64,000 nucleotides of DNA from Marsupella aquatica. Its lineage: Eukaryota; Plantae; Marchantiophyta. The position numbers and the translations under genes are program-made. The DNA is taken from assembly GCA_973895155.1 (NCBI GenBank), contig OZ316893.1, positions 14,786,645-14,850,644 of the forward strand, written 5' to 3'. The notes beneath the pieces were generated by a model. The model was given only the letters and a program-made list of their open reading frames with translations, made no database searches and had not been told where the DNA came from. Below, one piece after another: positions 36,401 to 48,378 of the stretch (the first letter of the stretch is position 1; every line of letters starts with the position of its first letter).

Positions 36401-37442
36401 CTGCACAAATATTCAACTTATTACCGAGATACTTTCTTGGATTGAGCAATTGGAAGGCTCTGGAATCCTCGAGGGCCGTGTCTACCACATCCTCAATGGA
36501 GGAGAGGTCTATCTCCTCTGTTGGTTCAACGACCAAAGACACATGAATAGGTCTAGATGGATCCATCTTGTGACACGTGGAGGATCATAGAGCGTTAGAT
36601 CTAGGGCAATTAACATGGCGGCTAGGGCAGAAACTCTAGTGTGAAGGCGGAGGTGGAGTGGAGCCTAGGGAGACTGGAAGCGAATGAGGCGGAAGAGCGG
36701 AGGCGCAGGAGCGGAGGTGCAGGAGCGGAGGTGCAGGAGCGGAGGAGCGAAGAAGAGGAGGAGGGAAGAAGAATGAGGCCCAAGTGGGACCTCTTGCCTC
36801 CTTTACCCCCCCCACACCAAGGCGAGGCAAGGACGACTCAACACGTGGGAGGCCGAGCTGCAAACCCTAAACGCAAGGCTGCGTAAATTGTGCCGCCCGA
36901 CTTGGTTGTGTGGCGTGGGTGACCTAATCCACTCGACCCTAAACTCTGCCACTGCTTAAGGCTGATCACGCATCGCCTTATCCGTAAGAGTGATCTTGAA
37001 TAAATGGTATAAGAGACTTGGGCTGCTCCGGTTGGTCCTCATTTGGTATTTTCATTTCTAGATTTTCATTCAGTCTCTCAACCAGGTCCGTTCATTACGG
37101 AGCCCCATTGAGCCACTCTTGTTTTCTAGACAGAACATTTAGTTTTAATTTCTTCCACACCCCTGAAGCATTTAGTTTACCAGCTTATTGAGAACTACCC
37201 CTTCAACAAAGTATTTTATTACTTGGTTTGACAACATAAACTAAGTGAGTTTTGTGTTCAAGAATCATTTCCATTACAGGTAACTTTCAACTTAATTATA
37301 GAATATTCCATTGGTATCAAATTTAGGAATTGTATATCTAAGTTACTTGAGGTTGGGGTATCCAGCCCAACTCATGATTGGGATCATCTCAATCGAACCT
37401 TTCTTTGGTCAAACATTAAATTAGTGTGTAGAGGTTAATTGT

Positions 37443-38430
37443 CCGTACAAGGGTCATCCCTGTTAGCTGTTTTGATAGGGATCATCCCTATGTGCTGTTT
37501 GGATAAGAATGATGTTTGTCCACCGTTTGGATAGAGATGATCCCTGTCCACCGTTTGGATGGGGATGATCCCTGTCCGGCTTTTGGATAAGAATGATGTC
37601 TGTCCACCGTTTGGATAGAGATGATCCCTGTCCACCGTTTGGATAGGGATGATCTTTGTGCACCGTTTGGATGGGGATGATCCCTGTCCACCGTTTGGAT
37701 AGGGATGATCTCTGTCCACCATTTGGATGGGGATGATCCCTGTCCGGCTTTTGGATAGAGATGATCCCTGTCCACCATTTGGATAGGGATGATCCCTGTC
37801 CACCATTTGGATAGCGATGATCCCTGTCCACCATTTGGATAGAGATGATCCCTGTCCACCGTTTGGATGGGGATGATCTTTGTCCATCGTTTGGATGGGG
37901 ATGATCCCTGACCGGCTTTTGGATAGAGATGATCCCTGTCCACCATTTGGATGGGGATGATCCCTGTCCGCCATTTGGATAGAGATGATCCCTGTCCACC
38001 GTTTGGATGGGGATGATCCCTGTCCGGCTTTTGGATAGAGATGATCCCTATCCGCCATTTGGATGGGGATGATCCCTGTCCGCCATTTGGATAGGGATGA
38101 TCCCTGTCCGCCGTTTGAGGTATTTGCTTTATGGGACCCCAATATGAAAGGTTTTACTTTCAGATAGGACCGTTGAGTGATCCTAAGTGATCCGGACCTT
38201 GAATCATCCATGTCTATTGTTTGGACAGTGATAGACCCTATCCGCCATTTGGACAAGGATCAGCTGTGTCCGCCATTTGGACAATGACAGACCCTATCCA
38301 CCGTTCTGACAGGGATCATCCCTGTCCGCCATTTATAGGGATCATCTATGTCCATTGTTTGGACAGTGATAGAACCTATCTGCCGTCTGGACAGGGATCA
38401 TCCCTATCCAACGTCTAAATAGGGATCAGG
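37443..38430. repeat. 28-bp tandem array (about 30-35 units) with a palindromic core, in the probable first intron of the transposase gene
   Basis: Unit ccgtttggatagagatgatccctgtcca; putative donor at 37280, acceptor at 38583-38584. Confidence 0.95.
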
Positions 38431-38584
38431 GATCTTAGGGCTAGATAAGGATTGTTTAGGGACCTATTATTTTGCTTGATGGGGATGATCCCTATTTGCG
38501 CACTGTCCTTGGATAGGGTTCACACCTATCTGCTTCCTAGTTGGGACCATTGTTAACTAATACCTTACATTTCAAATTGTGCAG

Positions 38585-41500
38585 GTGAACACGTTGTAGG
38601 AATGACCGGAATATTTTTGAGAGGAGACAATGTGATATTGACAATTGGTGGTTACGATGTTGCAAGCAGGACAGTTCAAAAAATCAACCCGCAAGATAGT
38701 GTTCAAAAGATATTGTTGAGAGAGAATCGAATGGGCGTTCTCATTGAAAAAGTTTTTGACCGAACCACAAAACTACCATTTCCAATGCCTCGGGCAGAAA
38801 ACCTTTTTGATGCCATTGATTCTTGCGTTATTTGGGATTTGTCTTGCGCATGTCTATCAACGATAACAAATTCTCAAAAATGCATTAGTGTAGGTAGTTG
38901 TTCAAATCGACCGGAGAGTAATTTGGAAAAAAATCCAATTGTAGAGGAGGACTCATCGACCACTCTGAGGCAAGGGGATGAGGTTGAAATGTTCATATTT
39001 GGGTGTTGTGTAGCCCTTGGAGTTGTTTTCAATACAAATCCAATGGAAAGATGTCACAACATTTTACTTGGTGAATCACGGATCAGTGTGAGGGTCACTG
39101 ATGTCATTCATGGGAGTAGGGTTTTACCTTACAAACACAGCGGGGCTGAAACAATTGACGAGCCAAAAGACTCATGGGTTCTCTGGGATGTGGCAGGTGT
39201 CCGAAGTAGAAAGAGTTTCTCAAAGAAGGATGCGGGCGATGATATCAACATAGAGCGGAGTTTTGTTGCAGAGTCTCCCTCAGCTGAAATTTCTAAAAAT
39301 AATTGTGACTATTTCCAACGGTCAAATTGGATGTCAGAGTTGGTCGAACTATACATCGGTTCAGATCGAACCAATAGGGTTGCCACGGGGACCATCACTG
39401 TGCCTCAAGAAATGGCGGCGGTTGACGATGAAATCCTTGGTGAGGACCATGTAGGGATTGTTGTGAAAGATGTGGTGGAATCACAATACTTTCCCAATTT
39501 CCATAGGGGAGTAATTACTTTGGTTTGGTGGCGGATTGATTCAACAAAACTACTTGCAAACGGGAAATTTTTGTCGGACATTTTGGTTGAAGGTTCAGAG
39601 AGGATGGAGACGGTGGATAGGGATGATCTCTATCCAAATGTAAATGATAGGGGAATGCCGCGCACAAGGCCATACAATTTCAACAAGAGGACTCATGTAG
39701 ATCCGATTGAAAAGAAGAGAAGGTTGTTGGAAACCAAGGCAGTTTCAAAAACAACGGAAGCTTCGATTGATAAAATTAAAAGAGAGAATTGTTGCAAGCA
39801 GAAATGTTGTCTGACTATGCCAAGAGAAGACAGAAGATATCCGGATAGAATTTCACGGGATGTCTAGCGAGTCAAAATCATCACACATTTTCAACCTCTT
39901 CCAATACAGAGAAGATGATGTTCGTGATAAGGGGCACCATGTTCTCAAAGGTATGGTCGTATGTAGACATGCATTTGCAATCATCCATGGCTTTAGCCAC
40001 ACGAAATATTATGATTACAAAAGGAGATATGTGGAGGGTTGCAAAATTGGGTTCCATGGAAACACGGGCTCCATGAAAACAAGGTCAAATACCTTGCATG
40101 CACGAGCTCTGTTGGAGGATTTTTTGACTCGAAATGCAGAGCCCATGCCTCATATACCTTATGCTGGGGCTCATGGGACAGACTCCATTGAGTATCGTCT
40201 TCCAGCATGTTACAAGAAGTTGGAGATTTTGGAAGATGTGAGAACAAAGATGAAGGAAGAGGGGCTTCCTCCAGTTACAGAGAATACTCTGTACAAGATT
40301 TGGAGATAATCATTCGCAAACTTCAGTTTCCATAAAGATGGTGCATTTGCCAAGTGTACTCTTTATTGTGAATACAAAGATAGTTTGATGCGAGAAAGAA
40401 GGAAAACAGAGCGTGCTGAAATTGAAGAAAAATGAGCGCAACATCTTCAATTCGTGAGCAGATGTCACGTAGATATGTTTACTATATTCATCAAGTGATG
40501 GCTAAGCAACATCCAGGGGAATATCTTTGCATCATTCACGACAAGATGGATCAATCAAAGACTTGGATTCCAAAAATGGTCAGTACTCCTAAATCACTTT
40601 CGGGTCATGGGATGCCACTACCTATTGCTCTCACAGGGATGTTGACCCACGGAAGGGATCCAGGAGTCTATGCACACTTTAGTGTCACTGGCCTTTGGCC
40701 AGAAGATGCTGATTTCACGGTGACATCCTTGGCTAAGTGTCTTCGAGACCTTGAAGAGTACAATGGAGACAAGACAAGTGACATGTTGGATGGCCTTTAT
40801 TTGGAACCTCATAGACCTTTCTTTCAAGCCCTTCTTGACTTTGATGCATTTTTTAAGGGATATTTGGAACCAAAGAGTATTCCAATGAATAGGTATATTG
40901 GTTCTGAAGATGCAGCCGAGAGTCAGACGGAGACGGTCTCCACCCAACATGGTGAGGATCAAGGAGGGGACATGCATGGGGAACAAGGCAGTCCATCTTT
41001 CAAGCCCTTGCCAAGGCACCTAACACTGCAAATGGATAACTCAGCAAAGGATAACAAAAACCAGACTGTCATGGCATTTTGTAGTGAGCTTGTGAGTAGA
41101 GGAGTATTTGAAACTATTCAAATGTCTTTTCTAATGGTTGGTCATACACACGAAGATGTTGATGCACTCTTTTCGAAGGTATCATATCAAGTTCAGCACA
41201 AGGAAGTTGCAACTCTCCTTGCTCTTATGGCAGAGGTTTGGGAATGTGAGAGCATTCATCTAGTTCCCAGATTGATACAAGAAGTTGCATCTTACAAAGA
41301 ATATCTTCAAACTTTCAAAGTTAAAGATATTCATAGATCTGACAACAAATTCTCTTCTTTTACCTAGTGGAGAGCCCTTAGCTAAATTCATTGGAGAGAT
41401 ACACAAAAAATCTGAAGAGATTATCCCATTTCTTAACAAGTACCTTGATTTTTTGAGAAGGAGTTGCACTGATGAGACATCTATAGCATATAAGGAAAGA

Positions 41501-42229
41501 TTTCCTCTTGTGAAATATTGGGAGAGAATTGTGGAGTTGTTGACAAATGGGCTTGCACTAGAAGGGGAGGGAAGTACTCAATTTCCCTTGAAAAACGGAT
41601 TTTGGCCTAAGACTAACCACGGCACTGGTTACAAGGTCAACCAACCGAAACAAAGTGGTCTTCCAAGTGAAGATGAGGAGAATGCGGAGATGACGGCTCG
41701 TCAAAATGAGGTCTTGGAAGAGATGGAAGATCAAGCAGCACCATTTGTTGGATCTCGAGCTGAGAGAGAACAAGGACGGTGGATTCCCCTACAGGATATT
41801 CGTGAAGGGAACTTTGTATTTCTTTGACCTGAGGATGACTGGGAGAATAAAAATGGTGGAGGTCATTTTTGGTTGGTGAGAGCTTTGGGTTCGGTGGACC
41901 CTCAGCATGAAGTCCCAACTACATCTCCAACAAACCCTCCTATGCCTCAACAATATGCTCCAATGTTTCCAGTCGAATGGTGGAGGCCTAAACACTCTAA
42001 ACTTGATGTGACTGAGAGTGCACGGTATCTAAACTACTTCATGTCCACTAAGACATGGGAACGAGATCCAGGGTTTGGTGAGAACGCTCAACATTGGCAA
42101 TATGCAAATTCTGCAATGTACGGTTTTAAATCTGGCATGAAAGAAGGAAACATGGCGGGCAGAGGTTTGAAGATTCCTCGAAATGTTCTACAAACTGTCC
42201 AAAGTTATCTCCAAAGGATGGACAAGTAG
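38585..42229 (+). pseudogene. Sola-like DDD transposase with three N-terminal Tnp1/TnpA(Transposase_23)-like repeats; several frameshifts and stops
   Basis: CCKQKC, VCRHAF..IHG, IIHDKMDQ, LTLQMDNSAKDNKN, FLMVGHTHEDVDALFS; ORFs 38602-39867, 39860-40309, 40432-41367, 41285-41827 and 41873-42229. Confidence 0.8.
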
Positions 42230-42514
42230 ACTTAGTTGTTACTTGCGAAGCTATAATAATTAAATTAATTTAGATAGTTACTTACCTAGTTTTTATGTAA
42301 ATAGTCAACACTCATTCAAACATAGTAACTTACGTACTAGTTATTTACTATTCTAATAGTTTTAATGTGAGACCATGTCATTGAGTGTTAGTTATACTAT
42401 CTCCTCATTTTCTAAATTTTTGATCATTATGAATATGAATGTTTGCTTTTTTGCATAATTAAAAATATTTTTCTATTCATTCCTTTCTTTTAAATGATTA
42501 TAATAAGATTTGGT

Positions 42515-42830
42515 AGGAAAATGTACACTTTTTAGGCCAAATGTACACTTTGTTGCACTCAAAGTTACACTTTCTAGACAAACTGCACTTAAATGTACAC
42601 TTTTTAAGCCAAATGTATGTTTCTTTCACTCAAATGTACATTTTTAGAGCCAAATGTACCTATTTTGATGTTCAAATATACACTTTTTATTGCCCAAATG
42701 TACACTCTTTAGGCCAATTGTACACTTTTCTATCCCCAAATGTACACTTTTCATTGGCCAAATGTACACTTTTTCTCGCCCAAAAGTACACTTTTCATTG
42801 CCCAAATGTACATAAATCAAATAATAATAC
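42515..42830. repeat. Right subterminal CCAAATGTACACTTT repeats (~20-bp period)
   Basis: About 14 degenerate copies before the right TIR. Confidence 0.85.
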
Positions 42831-42855
42831 ACTTTTAATGAATAGGCTGACATTG

Positions 42856-44075
42856 GTCCACCGTATGATTAATTGTTCCTATAGCATTGCTTTAGGATGG
42901 CCAATCCCTCACATGGAGGTCATTACAACATTTCTTAAATTGGAACACACAAGGAGCTAATTTTTATGAGACATATCCTAATCTTGATATTTTCCAACAA
43001 CAAGGTCAATGATCAGTCTTTATCCTCTTGTTTGTTGACTATCTCCTCATCACAGGCAACAGTGCCTCATTTATCTTTGTCATCAAAACTCAACTTCAGA
43101 CTAAGTACAAAATGAAAGACCTAGGTCCTATTCACCGTTATCTTGGAGTGGATTTTCTCTTGCTTCAGTTGGAATTTTACTCCACCAAACCGACAACACT
43201 CGAGCTATTGTTTGTGAGCACGGAATCAATGGAAGATATGTACTTGACTTGTGCACACTCCACTCCCAAATGGACTCACGCTCTCTGCCAACACAGGTAT
43301 TGACAATATTGATCGAATTCTCTAAGCTAGTTGGAAAGCTTATTTATCAATCTCACACATATATACTCGGCATTATATTTTGTTTAGTAGGGCTTTTTAG
43401 TCTATTCATGGCTCAGCCACAACAACTTCACTTTGACTCAACCATGCATATTGTGCAGTACCTCAACTCAACTAAGACTGTGGAATCTTCTTTCCACTAG
43501 GCTCTTCTCTCCATCTTCAAGGATTTGATCACTGACTCAGACTAGGGAAATGCATGCATGTCCTGACACTAGGCATTCCACAGGAGGATACCTTTACACT
43601 TTGTCAGGTCCACCACTATCCTGGAGCTCTAAACGACAACCTACTGTTTTGCGCTCTTCCACTAAGGCTGAATACAAGGCACTATCAGACTGAGGTCAAG
43701 AGTGGGTGTACCTCAAGCGGTTGCTTCAAGAACTCCACACTAACAACATACCAGCAGCAAAGATACATTGCTCAAACTCAGGTATTCAATCTGACATGAC
43801 GTACAACTTCCTCAACTCCGATTCTTCAAGACTTACACATTCACTGTGAGAATATGAGTGCACTCAAGCTTGCCATGAACGGGGCGAGGAATTTAGTGTT
43901 CCATGCATGGACAAATCACCTTGAGATTCATCATCTCTTTGTTAGAGAAAAAGTACTTGACGGTGAGATCTCCATTCATCATATATGCATCATGAGAAGA
44001 ACAGCCAGCAAACATCTTTACCAAAGTGCTACCAAGAACAATGAAAGTTCAAGCAGCACAAAAAGTCTATAGGAC
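42856..44075 (+). pseudogene. Highly degenerate Copia RT/RNase H (element D)
   Basis: GWPIPHMEVITTFL, LFVDYLLITG, YKMKDLG, YLGV, HLEIHHLFVREKV. Confidence 0.85.
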
Positions 44076-44120
44076 TGAGATTGACTTATGCACTGAAACA
44101 AGAATATCTCAGTAAGTTAT

Positions 44121-45075
44121 TGTTTATAGTTGGAATCAATACATTTTGAGAATTAGACTGCATTCTCAACCTAGATCATTTTCTCTAGCTGATCCAACCA
44201 GTGACCCCTAGCAGTCTCCTGGGCAAGATAATCAGTGGCTTATCTTAAAGTCTTAAAAGATTTGTGTCTATTTCCTCAGAAACCCACAACAAGAGGCTCG
44301 ACCTTGATTCTCCTAGCTAGTAAAGATGCCTATAAGTCAACCTTGAGCAACTGCATAGTACCTTTGTGGTGGATCTTCAAAGGCAAATGAAAGGGATTGG
44401 GCTCAACATACTGCCCGATTCCAGAACCTTCAAATCCAGGTTCTATCACAGGCATCATTCTCACAGGGTTGTTCTCCATCAAATTGGGTCCATCTGTTTT
44501 TTCAAAAGGACCAAATGATGTATTTCCTAATTCTCCATGTAAGGGACCAATCTCTCTCAAAGTCTCTCCGTCATCTGCTCGATCAGATTTGCAATCTAGC
44601 AAATCATGCAAGAACTGCATATATAAAGGCCGAGTCCAGTTAGGAGTCCCATTAGAGCAATAGAAAGACAGATAAGAGATTCACACAAACCTTGGCTCTT
44701 GTGAGCCACCTGTTTTTGCTCACAGAATTTTGTAGAAGGCTCATGTCAAGCTCAAAACAAGGATCTCCAGTAAGGATACCAATACTTAGGTGCAGTATGT
44801 CTTCAGTGAGATCCCAGGCAAAGAAGAGGTGTTGAATTCTGTCCTCATAAGACTTCTTGTATATTCTCCCTTAGATCTCTATAATCAACCCGTTGGCTTT
44901 CTTAGTTTAGTAGAACGGATATTAACTAGCTGTTTACCCAATTTAGTGATTATAGTGGATCCCTTGTCGATCTCCATGCATTTACCTTAGTTTTCTGTGA
45001 ATTAGATTGAGTCCTGTCATGGTTACTTAGCCATTATGGTGTTCAAGCCCACCCTGCACCATTTTGTATTTAACA
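44121..45075 (+). repeat. Probable 3' LTR of Copia D (start uncertain)
   Basis: Follows RNase H; TATA-like tatataaa near 44620; 3' part matches 24050-24253 and ends ...tttaaca. Confidence 0.55.
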
Positions 45076-45997
45076 TCTGACCCTTTGATGAGAGCCAAAC
45101 AAGCAATATATATTAACTACATGTAAGATTTCTACATAATCATCTCTGAATATGACTTGACCCACCTGATCTGGCCACATTCCAAACAATAATTTTTCTA
45201 TTGCATTTGGTTCAAGAGATTATTAGCAACTCATAATTGTCTCATTATCAAAGTGGGTATCAAAGCAAATTTGGAGCAAAACACATCTCAAATACCTTAT
45301 AGCAGTTTCATCCCCTACTAAACTTGCAAATACTTAGGGGCTTCTTGTATGGGAAGGGTCCTCTCTTTTATGGCCCTTAGCACTCCTCCATTTATTATCA
45401 CAAAAAGGTGAATTGCCTTTCTCCACAAAATCTGCTACACTAACATGTGAAGTGCATAAGCTTTTGCTTGTCCACTATTGTTGTTTCCACAACCAGAATT
45501 CATAACACTAATTATAATTCACAGAGGCCCAGTTAAACAAAATGTGTAAATACTCTCTTTTGTTTCATTCAAAATTCAAAGGTTGGAACATGAAGGGCCA
45601 AACAGTTTATGGCCTTTGCCCTTGGATCTCCTCATATGTTGTAGTCGAGCCTACCTCAAGTGGGGGTTGAGGCTTGAAAGTCTCATTCACTCGTACATTG
45701 TCATTTCGGTTAACTTAAAGGAGTATTTTCTGAGGACCTCGCAAATGCAAGATGGTTCTTAAGGCCTAGAAAACACGGCCCTTTACATAATTAACTGGTG
45801 GTGACTCCTGAGTGACCGCAAGACTTTCCCCTGAGTGAGGTAGTCTTGACTACACTAATTTAGGATCTAGAAGGGCAAGGCATAGAAACTTTCTGGCCCT
45901 TTACTGTCTTGACCTTTCATATTCAAATAAAACAACCACAAGCAGGTAGTAAATTTTGCGTAACCTCAATTCCTTGGATAGTTCCCTGTATACTATT

Positions 45998-46290
45998 ATC
46001 AATCTATTCATTAAAAGTGAATTATTATTCAATTTATGAACATTTGGGTAACAAAAAGTGTACATTTGGCTTTCAAAAAGTGTACAATTGGACAAGAAAT
46101 AAACATGTTGGCCATCAGATGTACCACCATGTTCATCCTTGTAAATGAACTAGGACTAGACTACTTTTAGGGGTAAAGATCAATTTTGTGCCCTCAAGTT
46201 TACAATTGACCATTTAGGTGTAAAGTATTGTACTACAATGTACCTTTTGGGGTTTTAAAATGTACATTTGGAGACCAAAAAATGAATATT
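45998..46290 (-). mobile_element. Decayed inverted fragment of the Sola-like right end (TIR plus subterminal repeats)
   Basis: atcaatctattcattaaaagtgaattattattcaatttatgaacatttggg resembles the reverse complement of 42800-42851. Confidence 0.7.
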
Positions 46291-48378
46291 TAGAGGCCTA
46301 AAAGTATGTAGCACGCAAGGATAGAACCGGGACACAGGCTCCTTAGCGCTTTCAACATGTATCCAAGGGTAGGATCGAGTTGTTATAGCAGATCCTGATG
46401 TTTGCGGGTAGAATCGAGTTGTTATAGGAGATCCTGATGTTTGCCAAAGTTTAACATTTTGAAGGGCCACATTCTCAAGGGTCAATGCACATGCAAGAGA
46501 GCCTAACCTGAGAGAGGACCTCAACTCACCCTTGATCGGTGCCTACATAACAGTAGACTGCCCTGATTTGGCCACATTAATTTAGGGACAACTCTATTAA
46601 ATGAAATCTGTCAATGAAGTCGGCCACTCTATTATGGACAACTCTATCTTATGAAATCTTTCAATGAATTCGGTCCCAGTTGAATGAAATCTTTCAATGA
46701 AGGCAGAGATTCATGACAAATCACATCCATCCAACACGATCATTTAGGGGGGCTAGTTCTCGACGTCATTCTTATTGATTCTGCTCTTTTCCTTGAGCGG
46801 TCGTCGCGCAATGGAATTTCACCGTACCGGATTCCGTGGCATTGATTGATTTGAATGTTCGCTGGCTCGGCCGGATCTCAACCTGTAAATTGAGCAGATT
46901 TTGCTCGACACATGGGCCGAAATCCTTCGAACAGATTGCGCGACTTGGACTTGTTTTGCAACAGCTCTCTGATTTGGATGGCCAATGAATGGACAGTAGT
47001 ACTCGCGGCAACTATGGCAGTCATCGATCACGGATTCTGGATTGACTCCACTGGCTTTGACGAGAGGTCATCGATCACGTATTCTGGATTCATTCCACTC
47101 GCTTCGGCTCTCGTCAGAGTCCTGGCAACAATGTACTCGATCAGTTCTTGCTATCGATCCATGAAACTGACTTCCGTCAACTTCACTCGTGCGAATCACC
47201 TCAGCAATATAATGAGACTGGCGGAAACTCCTAACTTGAGGTGGATCACTCGAGGTGGATCAATTTGTTTTAGAGCCTGTTTACAAATTGGATCATTGCA
47301 GTTGTCTTAAGGTCTCGGGCGTGGCTACATTTCTTTTGAACGAGTAAATGTATTTCAAGTTTGTTGCATGTGAACGCATGAATGAACGAGGAGGTGTAAT
47401 TCAAGTTTGTTGCATATGAACGAGTGAATGAATGAAAGACTGGATGGACGAGTCTGCAGGTTCTGAATTGGCAGGCAGGTTATTCATCAATCTGTTGTGC
47501 AAGGGACAAAGAAAGTACAGCAATTGAAGCTTTTAGTGCACAACGTAGAATAGAAATGAGAGTAAAGCAGCGATGTGGCAAATTAAGTGAACTATATATA
47601 AGTATGCCCAGTCAATCGAGTCGAAGTTTCCTCTCTCCAGCTAATTAATTCTAAAGTAGTGATTGTTGCGATACTGAACATGAGTGGAGAGGAACCGATT
47701 ATAAACCGAACGTCTCCAATCAATACCGTTCATCATCATTGTCCATAGTCAGCCCAACCGCAACATGGACCAGATGAAACGTGCTTTCAGTGAGCTAGTA
47801 CAGTACGTACTGTTGGAGCTAACTTCCAAGCGATTCGAGGGAGTACGTACTGTTCTGCTCACCACCTCTAATTGTACTGACGGCAATATAATTGAACGAA
47901 AGTAATGGGAAGGAGACTTAAAAAGCGGCAATTTGTATCAGTCACGCCACAGGTCTTCGCCAGTCAGTGAGGGTAAACAACTGGAACACAATGTCCAGTA
48001 CGGACCTGGACCATTTGGTACAACTGGGACATACTGCAACACGTACAATGCTCCAGTAAGCCGACGACTGCAGCAAATGAAGGAGAGTGCCCGAAAAGTC
48101 TGATATCTTGATGTAACAATCACCTTCTCATGCAACTTCTGGCACTTAGCTCGATCATTTGCTGACATTGAAAGGTTTTTCGTGCTTTTTTGGGATTCAA
48201 GAGGTCTGATGTTGTAAACATGATTCTGTTGACAGATTACTTTCGCGGAATCGATGAGAGGTTGGAACGGTGGAGATTAGTTCCTGGGTGGATGCCTTGA
48301 AGACGGATGTTCAGCCTCCAGCTCCAGCAGCAAGTAGTATCAGCAATTGATCAGCTAATTCGAAGTGCATCCTAAAGC

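Larger units (their letters stand above)
24355..42851. mobile_element. Sola-like (DUF7869-type DDD transposase) DNA transposon, 18.5 kb (about 13.3 kb without the nested Copia), with cargo genes
   Basis: TIRs (a/g)tcagcctat(g/t)cattaaaagtgtatt at both ends; ATTG TSD at 24351-24354 and 42852-42855; excision restores Copia RT YDETFALVVH|WSTV; aaatgtacacttt subterminal repeats at both ends. Confidence 0.85.

Noticed and set aside
37435-38256. Repetitive ORFs of 273, 178 and 152 aa
   Set aside because: Translations of the 28-bp array open in all three frames; no independent evidence of coding
37443-38430. CRISPR-like array of 28-bp palindromic repeats
   Set aside because: Units are head-to-tail with no unique spacers, there are no cas genes, and the context is eukaryotic
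46310-47440. Short tandem duplications and ORFs upstream of the ATPase (e.g. 46912-47310)
   Set aside because: Only 2-3 copy duplications and ORFs with no recognisable motifs; no function can be assigned
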